From: an uncultured Fibrobacteria bacterium
GTDB taxonomy: Bacteria; Fibrobacterota; Fibrobacteria; UBA11236
Length of the DNA stretch: 64,000 nt
Direction: 5' to 3'
Assembly: GCA_963716395.1 (NCBI GenBank)
Contig: OY970309.1
Location: 3,360,001 to 3,424,000, forward strand
Of this stretch, positions 1-9,900 are shown piece by piece. Positions within the stretch are counted from its first letter, which is position 1. Each line of letters starts with the position of its first letter. Made by a program: the position numbers and the translations under genes. Below the pieces are notes generated by a model. The model was not told where the DNA came from. It saw nothing but the letters and a program-made list of their open reading frames with translations, and ran no database searches.

Positions 1-203
1 TGTATGTGCCGCATGCCGCGCTGGCCGCCGTGGCCTACGGTGCCGACGGGCTGCTCATCGAAACCCATTGCCAACCCAAAAAAGGCATCGGCGACGACCC
101 CAAGCAGTCGGTGACGCCTGAAGTGCTGGCGCATATTATCCGCGAAGCCCGCGCCTTGCACGCACGTCTGCCGCATTTGGCGCCACCGGCCCAAGGGGCT
201 TGA
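1..203 (+). CDS. 3' end of DAHP synthase (class I-beta / KDSA superfamily), truncated at window edge
   Basis: AAVAYGADGLLIETH...D..QS matches the C-terminal GADGLxIExH motif of DAHP/KDO8P synthases; stop TGA at 201-203. Confidence 0.75.
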   Translation, partial: YVPHAALAAVAYGADGLLIETHCQPKKGIGDDPKQSVTPEVLAHIIREARALHARLPHLAPPAQGA

Positions 204-207
204 CGTC

Positions 208-1443
208 TTGAGCCATCCGGATCCCCCGGAATCCACCGCGCCCCGCAAACATCCGCCCCGCGCCTGGGATTTTCTGCCGCCGCGTTGCCGGCGGGTCGTC
301 GCCAATCTCGGGTTCGCCGGGCCGACCGAAGTCCAATCCCGCTGCCTGGCCCGCGCGCTGGCAGGAGAATCGCTGCGCATCACTGCGCCTACGGGCACGG
401 GAAAGACCTTGGTGTATTTGCTGCCGCTGTGGAACTCTCTCCCGGCCCGCGAACGCAACCTGATTCTGGTCCCGACGCGCGAACTCGCTTATCAGGTTTC
501 GCAAATGCTGCAGGCCTTGGATCCCGCGGCCCGGGAGGGATTGGTGCTGGTCGTGGGCGGACATGCCGCGGAGGCGCAAGCGGACTCTCTGCGACGCGGT
601 TGGCACACCGTCATTGCCACCCCTGGCCGCCTGCTCGACCTCCTGTCTTCGCGTCCGCAGGCCTTGCACGCCCTCCAATTGTTGGTACTCGACGAGTTCG
701 ACCGCTTGCTGGATTTGGGTTTTGAACCGCAAATCCGGGCGATACTCTCTCGCCTGCCGTCCGCGCGGCAAACGCTTTTGTTTTCCGCCACCGAGGGCGA
801 CGCCCCGTATGCGGCCCTGGGTTTGGATGCGCTGGCGGCGTGTAGACCCGATCCCCAGGTGAAAACGCAACTGGAGGAACGCTTTTATTTTCTCAAGTCC
901 AACCGCAAAAAAAACGAGTTGTTGCTCGAAGCCTTGCTCCCGCTGCAAGGCCAGGCCCTGGTGTTCGTGGCCAATCGCGAAAAGGCGAACCACCTCAACG
1001 GCTTGCTGCGCTTGCGCGGTTTCGCGGCGCAGGCTTTGCATGGCAGCCGGCTGCAGCGCGAACGCGCCCGCGCCTACCAGGATTTTCACGACGGCCGCTG
1101 TCGGGTGCTGGTGGCCACCGATCTCGCTGCCCGCGGGCTCGATATTCCCGCGGTGGATTTGATCGTGAACTTCGATTTGCCGCGCGACCTTCGCGACTAC
1201 GTGCACCGCTCCGGCCGCACGGCACGGCAATCGCGGCCCGGTGTCTGCCTCAGCTTCGTCGGCCCCGATGATTTCTTGGCCTTGCGCAATCTGGAACAGG
1301 GCTTTGCCTCTCCCCTGCCCGCGCATCCCGATTATGCGCAGTACGAAAATTGGAAGCGCCATGCATTGCGCGTTCATCAAGCCAAAACCAAAGCCCAGAA
1401 TCAATTGGCCGCAATTCATCGCAAGCAGGGATTGAAGCCTTAA
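208..1443 (+). CDS. DEAD/DEAH-box RNA helicase
   Basis: Q motif GF..PTEVQ, APTGTGKT, PTRELA, TPGRLLD, DEFD, SAT, ARGLD, HRSGRTAR. Confidence 0.93.
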   Translation: MSHPDPPESTAPRKHPPRAWDFLPPRCRRVVANLGFAGPTEVQSRCLARALAGESLRITAPTGTGKTLVYLLPLWNSLPARERNLILVPTRELAYQVSQMLQALDPAAREGLVLVVGGHAAEAQADSLRRGWHTVIATPGRLLDLLSSRPQALHALQLLVLDEFDRLLDLGFEPQIRAILSRLPSARQTLLFSATEGDAPYAALGLDALAACRPDPQVKTQLEERFYFLKSNRKKNELLLEALLPLQGQALVFVANREKANHLNGLLRLRGFAAQALHGSRLQRERARAYQDFHDGRCRVLVATDLAARGLDIPAVDLIVNFDLPRDLRDYVHRSGRTARQSRPGVCLSFVGPDDFLALRNLEQGFASPLPAHPDYAQYENWKRHALRVHQAKTKAQNQLAAIHRKQGLKP

Positions 1444-1617
1444 TCAAGATCGATCCTTTCCTCGAAATGGCGATATGCGGGGCGCGGATTGCGAATCCGA
1501 TAGAAGGGATGATTATGCTTAATCCAATAAAAATCAATATGTTACACAATTCACGCAATCCGTTTCATTTCGCCCCTGGGAAAATGCAAGCGGCGGGAAT
1601 ACCAACCAAAAAATCGT

Positions 1618-1646
1618 TTGCAAAAGCCGGAGGGGCGCATTAGTTT
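1618..1646 (+). promoter_or_regulatory. sigma70-type promoter TTGCAA-N17-TAGTTT with no downstream CDS
   Basis: Near-consensus -35/-10 boxes with exact 17-nt spacing in an AT-rich intergenic region. Confidence 0.5.
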
Positions 1647-1652
1647 AAAAAA

Positions 1653-1745
1653 AAGTGATTTCCCTCGATTAGTGTCCGTTGCGCGGGTAATAACGGCCTA
1701 ATCATTGATACGGCGGCCTCGCAAGAGGCCGCCGTCCCCGTTTTT
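1653..1745 (+). ncRNA. Candidate ~90-nt small RNA
   Basis: Bounded by the promoter above and the terminator below; internal stem GATTAG/CTAATC enclosing CCGTT/AACGG; no family recognised. Confidence 0.35.
1710..1745 (+). terminator. Intrinsic terminator-like hairpin
   Basis: ACGGCGGCCTC-GCAA-GAGGCCGCCGT (11-bp stem, GNRA loop), then CCCCG and TTTTT. Confidence 0.7.
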
Positions 1746-1788
1746 AGGCTGCCGATAACTGCCGGTAATTTAGGGTGAAGACCCCGGC

Positions 1789-2511
1789 TTATTGGTGTTT
1801 GGCTTTCGCCGCAGCGATCAGGTTGGCGAAATACTGAAAGGAACGATCGGTGGCCAAATGGCCGTTGACGAAAACCGTAGGCGTACCTTCAACACCCAGC
1901 TTTTCGCCCAGGGCGATATCTTGATCAAGAATGTGATTCACCGCCGGAGTCAGCGGCATTTCCTTTTTGAATTCGTCCATGTTCAGTCCCAATTCCTGGG
2001 ACGCGGCGAGGTAAAGACTGTCGCTTAATTGGCGATACAGCGGCGCCAATTTGAAGCGGAAGTCGTAGAACTTTCCCTGTTTGCCGGCCGCGATGGCGGC
2101 GGCCGCGGCTTCGCGCGCTTGCGGGTGGATGTTGAGGGGGAAATTCTTGAACACCAGCCGCACGTCCCGGGGGTAGGCCTTGGAGACGGAGTCGAGAATT
2201 GGAGCCAGCATGGCGCAATACGGGCATTGCAGATCCGAAAACTCGACCACTGTCACGGCGGCATCGGCCGGGCCCCGCGTAAAGCTGTTGCCGACGGGTA
2301 TGTCCTTGAATCCCGTATCGGGCGGCGGCTGCCAACCCAGGCGCTGGGCCATGAAATCGTTTTTATCCTGCATGGATTTCAGCAAGGTGAGAATACTGTC
2401 TTGCCGCGCTTCGATGGCCCGCAAACGGCTGTTAACCTGCGGGGAAACGCAGGCGTTCAAACAACACAACAACATCCCCAGAGCAATTCCAACATTTCTT
2501 CGACCCGACAT
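1789..2511 (-). CDS. DsbA/thioredoxin-fold lipoprotein
   Basis: EFSDLQCPYC active site, KNFPL, GVEGTPT cis-Pro loop; lipobox LNAC; GGAG upstream of ATG 2511. Confidence 0.9.
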   Translation of the reverse strand: MSGRRNVGIALGMLLCCLNACVSPQVNSRLRAIEARQDSILTLLKSMQDKNDFMAQRLGWQPPPDTGFKDIPVGNSFTRGPADAAVTVVEFSDLQCPYCAMLAPILDSVSKAYPRDVRLVFKNFPLNIHPQAREAAAAAIAAGKQGKFYDFRFKLAPLYRQLSDSLYLAASQELGLNMDEFKKEMPLTPAVNHILDQDIALGEKLGVEGTPTVFVNGHLATDRSFQYFANLIAAAKAKHQ

Positions 2512-2536
2512 GATTTCTCCTTTTGCGCAACGGGGG

Positions 2537-3202
2537 TTACCCGCCCGCCGCGGCTTGATCCAATAACAAGATGGCCCGGCCATGACCGGCCACGGCCTGG
2601 GTGATGGGCAATTCCATATCGCCTTCCCGGAGGCGTTTTACGGCCGGAGCTTTGGCTTCGCCCAACGCCACGCACACGAGGGTGCGGCAATCCCACAAAG
2701 TCCGCAGACCCAGGGTCACACGCTGCGGCGGGGGTTTGGGACCCGTTACGTCGATCACGATTGACTTACGATCCCGCAGGGCGGCGGATTCCGGAAATAA
2801 GGAGGCGGTGTGGCCGTCTTCCCCCACGCCCAAAAAAATCTGATCGAACACCACCGGGTCCGCGCCGAATTCGCGCTCCAGTACATCACTATATTGCGCC
2901 GCCGAAGTCGCCCAATGCGCGCGTTGTAATCCTAACCCGGCCGGCTCCAACAAAGCCTCGCAACACGTGCGCCAGTTGCAGGCCTCGTCTGCGAAGGCCA
3001 CCCGGCGTTCGTCGACCGGAAAAAACCGCAATGGCGTTCCGGCCTTGACCCGCGCTTGCACGCTCGACGCCCAAAGCGGAAACATCGCGGCAAAGGTGGT
3101 TCCACCGGAAACCGCAAGGCGCGGGCCCTGTAAATATTCCAAGGCGGCCTGTGCCACTTGCTCCAAAGCATTCATGACCCGAATCTGCAAACAACCCTCC
3201 AT
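2537..3202 (-). CDS. pgl: 6-phosphogluconolactonase
   Basis: SGGTT, VDERRV, LGVGEDGHTASLFP, PKPPPQRVTL; start may instead be ATG 3175. Confidence 0.9.
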   Translation of the reverse strand: MEGCLQIRVMNALEQVAQAALEYLQGPRLAVSGGTTFAAMFPLWASSVQARVKAGTPLRFFPVDERRVAFADEACNWRTCCEALLEPAGLGLQRAHWATSAAQYSDVLEREFGADPVVFDQIFLGVGEDGHTASLFPESAALRDRKSIVIDVTGPKPPPQRVTLGLRTLWDCRTLVCVALGEAKAPAVKRLREGDMELPITQAVAGHGRAILLLDQAAAGG

Positions 3203-3265
3203 TGTGGGGCGGGATCAGAAACAGGGTATATATTTCCCGCGCATCAGCCTAGGGAGAAGGGAAAT

Positions 3266-4057
3266 ATGCTTTTGCACGAAGACTTCGCGGACCTTGAAAC
3301 ACCCACCGGCCCCATGCGCGTACACCGCTTTCAACCCGCGGCTGGCGGACCTTTTCCCGGCGTAGTTCTCTTTTCCGAAATCTTTCAGGTGACCGGTCCC
3401 ATTCGGCGCACGGCGCGTCTGCTCGCCGGCCAAGGCTACCTGGTCGCGGCGCCGGAGGTATATCACGAATTCGAGCCGGCCGGATGCGCCCTGGCCTACG
3501 ACCAGGAAGGTACCGACAAAGGCAATCGGTATAAAATCGAAAAAGCGGTCGCGGCCTATGATGCCGACGCGGCTGCGGTCATTGCCCATTTGCGCGCCCT
3601 GCCCCAATGCACGGGCCGGCTGGGTTGCATAGGGATATGCCTGGGCGGGCATTTGAGCTTTCGCTGCGCCCTGCATCCCGAAATCCAGGCGGGGGTCTGC
3701 TTCTATGCCACCGACATTCACAAACACAGCCTGGGCAAAGGCCTGCGCGACGATTCGCTGGACCGCGTGGCGGAGCTTCGTGGCGAAATGCTGATGGTTT
3801 GGGGCCGCCAGGATCCACATGTGCCGCAGGCGGGCCGCGACTTGATTTACCGCGCGCTGACCCAGGCCGGCGTGAATTTCACCTGGCATGAGTTCAACGC
3901 CCAGCATGCCTTTCTTCGCGATGAAGGGCATCGCTATGATTCCGCCTTGGCGAATATCGGCTATGCCCTGGTTTTCGAGCTATTCCAACGCCGGTTGCAG
4001 GTCGGCAATGTCACCAACCCTAGCGCACCGGCCACGGCTCCGGTCAAACTGGGTTAG
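3266..4057 (+). CDS. Dienelactone hydrolase family protein
   Basis: SEIFQV, GICLGG nucleophile elbow, catalytic His in AQHAF; purine-rich RBS before ATG 3266. Confidence 0.92.
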   Translation: MLLHEDFADLETPTGPMRVHRFQPAAGGPFPGVVLFSEIFQVTGPIRRTARLLAGQGYLVAAPEVYHEFEPAGCALAYDQEGTDKGNRYKIEKAVAAYDADAAAVIAHLRALPQCTGRLGCIGICLGGHLSFRCALHPEIQAGVCFYATDIHKHSLGKGLRDDSLDRVAELRGEMLMVWGRQDPHVPQAGRDLIYRALTQAGVNFTWHEFNAQHAFLRDEGHRYDSALANIGYALVFELFQRRLQVGNVTNPSAPATAPVKLG

Positions 4058-4062
4058 CGTCC

Positions 4063-4704
4063 TTACCCCTGATTGGGCTGCACGATGAAGTCCTGGTATT
4101 GCCGCAGCAATGACTCCGATACCGCGGCGTCTTCACCGAGATAGCGCAGCGCCCAGGCGATAGATTCCAAGGTGGCCAACCCCGAGGGCTTGGCCTGATC
4201 GCGCTGCGATGCCTGCAGGGGCCGCAGCGCCAAACGGTTTACCCGCAACAGCCAGGGGTTGCGCCACCACAAGGCGTGGGCCTGCTTCCACGAGCCGTCG
4301 AGCAAAATAAGCCCTGCGAGCGAAGGGGTTTCCGGCAACGGTTCTTCTTTACGGTTAAACAGTTGCCAGGGCTTTTCCAAAGGATGATTGCTTTTGAGAT
4401 ACAACGCGGCCCAATGACGCGGCTCGGTGTCGACGCCCGCCGCCCGGCGCAGATTGGGCCAGGAAAGCCCCACCCGCAAAACACTATTGGACAGGATCAT
4501 ATTGGCCAGGCGCGCCGAATTCCACAGCTTCAACTGTTCCTGGGGGTGCTGCAAAATCACCACGCGCAAACGCGTGCTCTGGATTTGCACCCGGCCGCAA
4601 ACGCATTGGGAACGCGGGCGCAAACATGCGGGGCAGGCCTCGGCCTTGGCAATTTTTCGATCTTGGCGCATGGGAAAGGCAAAAGTGCTTTCTGTAATTT
4701 GCAT
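4063..4704 (-). CDS. DTW-domain tRNA-uridine aminocarboxypropyltransferase (TapT-like)
   Basis: CxxC..CxC N-terminus, ILQHPQE, LLDGSW (DTW-like), LATLES. Confidence 0.85.
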   Translation of the reverse strand: MQITESTFAFPMRQDRKIAKAEACPACLRPRSQCVCGRVQIQSTRLRVVILQHPQEQLKLWNSARLANMILSNSVLRVGLSWPNLRRAAGVDTEPRHWAALYLKSNHPLEKPWQLFNRKEEPLPETPSLAGLILLDGSWKQAHALWWRNPWLLRVNRLALRPLQASQRDQAKPSGLATLESIAWALRYLGEDAAVSESLLRQYQDFIVQPNQG

Positions 4705-4715
4705 TTTGCTTTCCC

Positions 4716-5036
4716 ATGTTCCGCCTGATTTTTCGCGCCGCAGCGGCACTGTGCCTGCTGGTGTCCGGCTTTTTACTGTGGGAAGGCGGCGGCTTGCCGG
4801 CTTCGGGAACGGCCTGGATTGTGGCCTACTTCGGGTTGTTTCGCGTGCCGGCGGCGGCGGCGGTCATTCTGGCCGCCAACGTGCTTTTGGCCGTGGCTTC
4901 AGCTTGCGTCACCGAACTTTTACTCGGCCTGTTTATGTCTGCGCTGTCGGCCGTGTGTTCGGCGGCCTGCCTGCTGGGCATGCTGGGCGCCTACTTTCCC
5001 CCGCTGTTCGATCACCTGGTGAAATGGTGGCATTGA
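4716..5036 (+). CDS. Hypothetical membrane protein (~3 TM)
   Basis: Hydrophobic 106-aa ORF ending 7 nt before the ArsC-family gene. Confidence 0.6.
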   Translation: MFRLIFRAAAALCLLVSGFLLWEGGGLPASGTAWIVAYFGLFRVPAAAAVILAANVLLAVASACVTELLLGLFMSALSAVCSAACLLGMLGAYFPPLFDHLVKWWH

Positions 5037-5043
5037 GTCGCGC

Positions 5044-5379
5044 ATGAACCTTCAGATCTTCGGGCGCAAAGACAGCGCCGACACCCGCAAAGCCGAACGC
5101 TGGTTCAAGGAGCGGCGCCTTCCTTTCCAATCCGTCGACCTCAAGATCAAGGGCCTGGCGCCGCGCGAGCTCGAAACCGTGGCCGCGGCCGTGGGCTGGG
5201 AAGCCTTGGCCGATCGCGATGGCAAACGCTGGAGCGAAAAAGGGCTGGCCTTTATGACACCCTCCCGACTTCCCAATGTATTGCGCGAAGATGCATTGCT
5301 CTTGCGCACGCCCATCGTGCGCAACGGGCGCGAGGCCACGGTCGGGTTTCAACCTGAAATCTGGCAAGGATGGAAATGA
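5044..5379 (+). CDS. ArsC/Spx/MgsR family protein
   Basis: IFG..S.DTRKAERWFKER, LLLRTPIVRNG...TVGF. Confidence 0.85.
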   Translation: MNLQIFGRKDSADTRKAERWFKERRLPFQSVDLKIKGLAPRELETVAAAVGWEALADRDGKRWSEKGLAFMTPSRLPNVLREDALLLRTPIVRNGREATVGFQPEIWQGWK

Positions 5380-5392
5380 CCGGATCGCGCAA

Positions 5393-6967
5393 CTAAAATC
5401 GGTTGTCAACGCCGAGGTGGATCAGCCCGTCGCCCGGACCGCGATCCGGATTCAAAGCATAGGTAACCGCCACGCTCCATTCCCCTTTGTCACCGCCCTT
5501 CGACAATTCGATGCCGACGCCGTAACCCAGCACCTGACGCCAGTAATAATCGCCCACCAGCCGGTTCACCAGACCCGGATCGGTAAAGAGGAAAACGCGG
5601 CCTTTGCGGCCCAGGCCGTATTGCGCCTCGGCTTCGCCGACCACGTAGGCGTTGGTGAGAAATTCGTGCTCGCTGTAGCCGCGTAAGAGGCGGGCGCCGC
5701 CGACATAATACAGTTCGCCGAGATTGAAGCGGCCCGCCAAGGGAAAATTGGTGGCGGCGCTGGCGCCGAACTTCAGTCCCAGCCGATGCGGAAAAGGAAA
5801 CCAGGCTTCGACCGCACCCGTGCTCTGCACCAGGTAATACGAGCTATCCTGGGTATCGCGACGCATTCCAGTGACGCCGATCTCGGCATGCGATCCCGAG
5901 GTCGTGAAGGCCGCGCGATCGCGGTTGTCGAACCCCAATGCCAATCCCGATTGCCAGGCCTCGGTGTGTTGATCGGCCACGGCGTCCTGGTTTTCCTGAT
6001 TTCCCACGCGGATTTCCAGACGGCTCTTAAACCCGAGATCTTTGAAAAAAACCGCGCGGCGGTTCCACTCCCAATAGGTGGTGTCTTGCTGGAGAAAATC
6101 CAGCTCCAGGCGCACGCCCACGGGCAATCCCAGCGGCCAGGGCTCGACATAGGCCAGATGGGCTTCGCGTTCCTGATCGGGCCGGCTGTCAAAGGTGAAA
6201 TCGAAATCGCGCGCCGTGCCCAGAATGTTGACCAGGTGAATGTCGAGGTAGCCGGTAAGATCCTGATTGGCAGCCGCCTTGGAGTCGTAACCGAGCAGTC
6301 CGCCCAATTGGTTCTGATGCGACTCGACCAAGGCCAAGGCGGGATAGAGCAGGTTGCGGGTGGAGTCGCGGTACAAGCCGACCCAATCGGCGGTTTCGAA
6401 GTATCCGGTGCGCCGCAGCCGCTGCAGCGCCTCTTCCAACCGGCGCTGATCATAGGGCTCGCCGATTTCCAGCAAGGACAGGCGGCGCACCGTCTCGGGT
6501 TGCATGTGCGTGCTGCCGCCGTACAGAGTCAGTCCGCCGAATTTGTAGGCATCGCCGCGCCGCACATGCACGAGCACATCGACCGCCGGATGCCCCAGGG
6601 AATCGGGCCGGGCTTGGCAGTGCAGGACCGCGAAGGGAAAACCGTGGTCGAGCAGGAATGCGCGCACCTCCTGTTGCAATGCCGTCAGGTTTTTCCGGCT
6701 GGCCACAGACCCGGAATACCCGCGCAAGGCCAGACCGTCCAACGGATAGCCGTCTTCATCGCGCACCGCGACGTGCCGGATCAGGAACAGCGGACCCCAG
6801 AATAGGCCGGAGGAATCCGCCGCCGCCGACCAATATCCTTGCGCCATGGCCGCCACGCGCAAGCTGTCGCGGGCCTCGGTCGGACCCGGTAACCCTGGCG
6901 ATACGGGTGGGGCGGCCGAGCAGCAGAGTCCGAAATACAGTACAAACAGAAGGACGCCGCGCCGCAT
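5393..6967 (-). CDS. Omp85 (BamA/TamA-like) outer-membrane protein with POTRA domain
   Basis: Signal peptide, POTRA signature L.RL.RTGYF, NILGTAR barrel start, GG..LLRGY loop-6 motif, C-terminal Phe; ATG overlaps the upstream stop. Confidence 0.85.
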   Translation of the reverse strand: MRRGVLLFVLYFGLCCSAAPPVSPGLPGPTEARDSLRVAAMAQGYWSAAADSSGLFWGPLFLIRHVAVRDEDGYPLDGLALRGYSGSVASRKNLTALQQEVRAFLLDHGFPFAVLHCQARPDSLGHPAVDVLVHVRRGDAYKFGGLTLYGGSTHMQPETVRRLSLLEIGEPYDQRRLEEALQRLRRTGYFETADWVGLYRDSTRNLLYPALALVESHQNQLGGLLGYDSKAAANQDLTGYLDIHLVNILGTARDFDFTFDSRPDQEREAHLAYVEPWPLGLPVGVRLELDFLQQDTTYWEWNRRAVFFKDLGFKSRLEIRVGNQENQDAVADQHTEAWQSGLALGFDNRDRAAFTTSGSHAEIGVTGMRRDTQDSSYYLVQSTGAVEAWFPFPHRLGLKFGASAATNFPLAGRFNLGELYYVGGARLLRGYSEHEFLTNAYVVGEAEAQYGLGRKGRVFLFTDPGLVNRLVGDYYWRQVLGYGVGIELSKGGDKGEWSVAVTYALNPDRGPGDGLIHLGVDNRF

Positions 6968-9900
6968 CAAAACACCGCCCTTAATTCCACCGACAATTTC
7001 TGATCCCAGGCCGCGCCTGGATCGAGACGGGCCAGGTAGCTGAAGTTGAGATGCAGATACGACTTCAGATCGGCCTGGGCCAGGGCTTCGATGCGGTGGG
7101 TGGAACCTTTGAGAAACCCGCCGGTGGAGAAATAACTGCCTTCCCCGACCCCGAACAAGTAATGCCAGGAATATTCCAGCGAGGCGCGGCCGCCGAAGAA
7201 CGATCCCTTTTCCACGCGCGCCGTAGGTGTGACGCTTTGCAAATCGAGCGGCGCACCGGCGTCGCTCCCCAACGTATGCGCGTAGGCGAATTCCGGTATC
7301 AAGGTGAAGGCATGGGAAAGATGGCGGTAGAGCGAGATGCTTCCCGACCCGTTCTGCACGTGGCTTTCCGATCCGGTTGCGTCGGAATCGCTTAACCCCT
7401 GGCTCAGCTTGACGCCGTAGTCGCCGTCGAGGGCGGCCTCCCAGCCTTCGGACCATTGCCAGCGGTACTCCCCCGAGCCGTCGGCGCTGCGCTGGCGCGC
7501 CGCGCTGAGCCCCGCTCCCTTGTCGTACTCGCGCTGCCAGCGAAACGTGGCTGAACGCTTGGTGGCCGCGCTGTGCCAGCGCAAGGTGGGCGCATAGCTG
7601 GCGCGGCCGGAGCGCACGGCTTCGATTTCATCGTCGGTCAGCCGCGGCAACGGCACCGGGTCGGCGGAACTGTCCTGCGCATCGGTTTGCACGTCGAAGC
7701 CGAGATCGACGTCGGCCAGTACACCGCCCACCCGCAGGGGCCAACGTCCCGGCGAGAGATCGACGTGCAGGCTCCATTGCAAATCCTGATAGGGCTGCAC
7801 CCCCAGGGTGCTGTCGCGCCGCAAGCCGATGAAGGCGTAGTCTCCGCCGGTTTCGACGTGTTGGTATACGTTCAGCAGCGAATCGTATTGGTAATCGCCC
7901 TGGCCCGGCGCCACCTTCTGATAAGCTTCGACCAGCGGCACTTCGGCGGTGCGGCTTACCTTGTAATGCGTCTGCATCCCGTACCCTTTGGGGTAGGCCG
8001 ACACGGTCAGGTTGGCTTCGGCCTGATCGTAGGTCGCTTCTTCGGGATCGTCGGCGCGCGCGCCGAAAGCATCGGGAAGCCAATCCTCGTGGTAGCTGCG
8101 CGACACGAAAAAATCGCCGCTGGCCGGGCCCCAGGCCAGCAGGCGCAGGCGTTCCGACACGCCGACGTCGCGCAACGAATCGCGCAGCGACCGATACCGG
8201 CCGGCGTAATTCGAGCGGCCCACTTGGCCGGTCACGTCGTTGGTCCAGACCCAGCGGTTGGCCAGGGTCGGGCTCTCCAACGAAGCTTCGGGCTGCCACA
8301 AATCGGACCAAGACTGTCCTCCCACCGGAATCGCGGTCAGCCATTCGTCACGCACCAACGCGAGTTTGGGACTCCATCCCGCCCACGAGGTTGCGGCCGA
8401 TGCCTGCTGGCGGTAATCGTCGCGCTGGTCGGGATCGCGGGCGAGCTTGGCCTCGGAGGACAGGTCGATGGTGGCGCGGGCCGTATGCAGGCCGGCGAAC
8501 ACTTCGCCCCGGCGCGAATCGGCCGAGGTATCGCCCAGGTGACCCTCGGCCAGGCCGCCTTCGGCACCGAATTGGAAGCCCGTCACCGGTTCCAGGGTCA
8601 AGCGCAATTTGTTGGCATCGAAGTTTTTCTCGCCCACCGCGGCGTCGAGATTCCAGGCGTCGCGAAAAGAACGCGCCTCCACCAGTTGATGGAAGGAGGC
8701 GAAGTCGGCGGAACGGTGCTCGTGCGTGGGTTCCAGCAGAAGGCGCCCGAAACCGCCTTGATCGATGGGCCGGCCGAAGCGGTTCACGCCCTGGTAACGC
8801 GTGGAATACCCGAAATCGGTCTGGTCATCGAGATGGGAATAAAGATTCTGATCGAAATAGCTGCCGAGTACGGTGAAACGCCCGTTCCCCCACTCGCCGC
8901 CTTGCCATGCGGCCGACCAGGCCGTGCTGGCCAGTTTCTGCGGCATGGGAATGGGTTGGCCGGTGGAATCGAGCACCGCGGAGTCGCCCAGGTTCTGGTA
9001 GCGCTGCAAGGTGGCCGAGTCGGGAGGCCCGGCGGTGGGATTGTCCTTGTCATCCCATTCCTGCGCGGCGCGTGCGGAAAAGCGGAAAGGCCCGACGGTG
9101 TCATCCACGCTGGTGGTCACGACGCTGCGCGGATACACGTCTTCGCTGTATTGAAATTCGGCCGAGAACAGGTCTTGGCCCGTAACCCAGAAACTGTTTA
9201 AAAAGTCGATGCGCCCCTGCGAATAGTCGATGGTGTAATCGGTACCACGCCGCAGCAACACACCATTGCGCCAAATGCGTTCGGTCCCGGCCAGCACGGT
9301 GATGTAGGTGCGGCCGTCGCGGCCGTAGAGATAGTAGCCCTGCTGTACACCGTCGATGCCGCGTAAGGTATCGGAGGTGAAGACCCCCTTGCTGAGCGCG
9401 TATTCGCCCGTGACGCCCATGCCCCCATGCGTATAGTGCAGACGGGCGCCTTCGGCTTTTTCGACGTAGCGATCCTCGCCGTCTCGGCCGTACCCGAGCA
9501 AATAATCGCCCAGCAGATATTCGTATTGGCTTCCGTACACGCGCAGGTATTTGTTGTCGATCTCGCGCAGGTTGGCCGTACTGCCGTCGGGCTGCGCGGG
9601 GACGTTTTGATCCGAAAGGCTGCCTTCGAGAAAAACGTTGGGCGCTACCTGGCCTTTGAGATTCACGAACAGCGAAGCGTCGAGCCCGACCGCGCCGCCC
9701 TGCCCCACGGTAACCGACAACGATTTGCTGCCCGACAGATCCAGGCGGGTGGCCCCAGTGTCAGTGGCGGCCGTGGCCGTGGAAACGGGCACCGCCAGCC
9801 CCGCCGCGCCCGGCACCTGATCGGGGCGCAGCACGGGCACGGCGGCCGTATCGTAAAGTCGTAGCCAGGGATGCGGCAAGGCCGGGGCCACGTGGTATAC

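Noticed and set aside
601-618. TGGCAC...TTGC as a sigma54 promoter
   Set aside because: Spacing is wrong (not N5) and it lies inside the helicase CDS
688-705. DEFD instead of DEAD as an inactivating change
   Set aside because: DExD variants are common and all other helicase motifs are intact
136-1419. 427-aa minus-strand ORF and similar long shadow ORFs (7573-9201, 14659-15861, 43090-44496, 51569-53392)
   Set aside because: Antisense to well-supported genes with no motifs; expected in GC-rich DNA
1350-1643. 97-aa ORF crossing the helicase end and the AT-rich gap
   Set aside because: Overlaps the helicase in another frame, no RBS or motif, atypical codon usage
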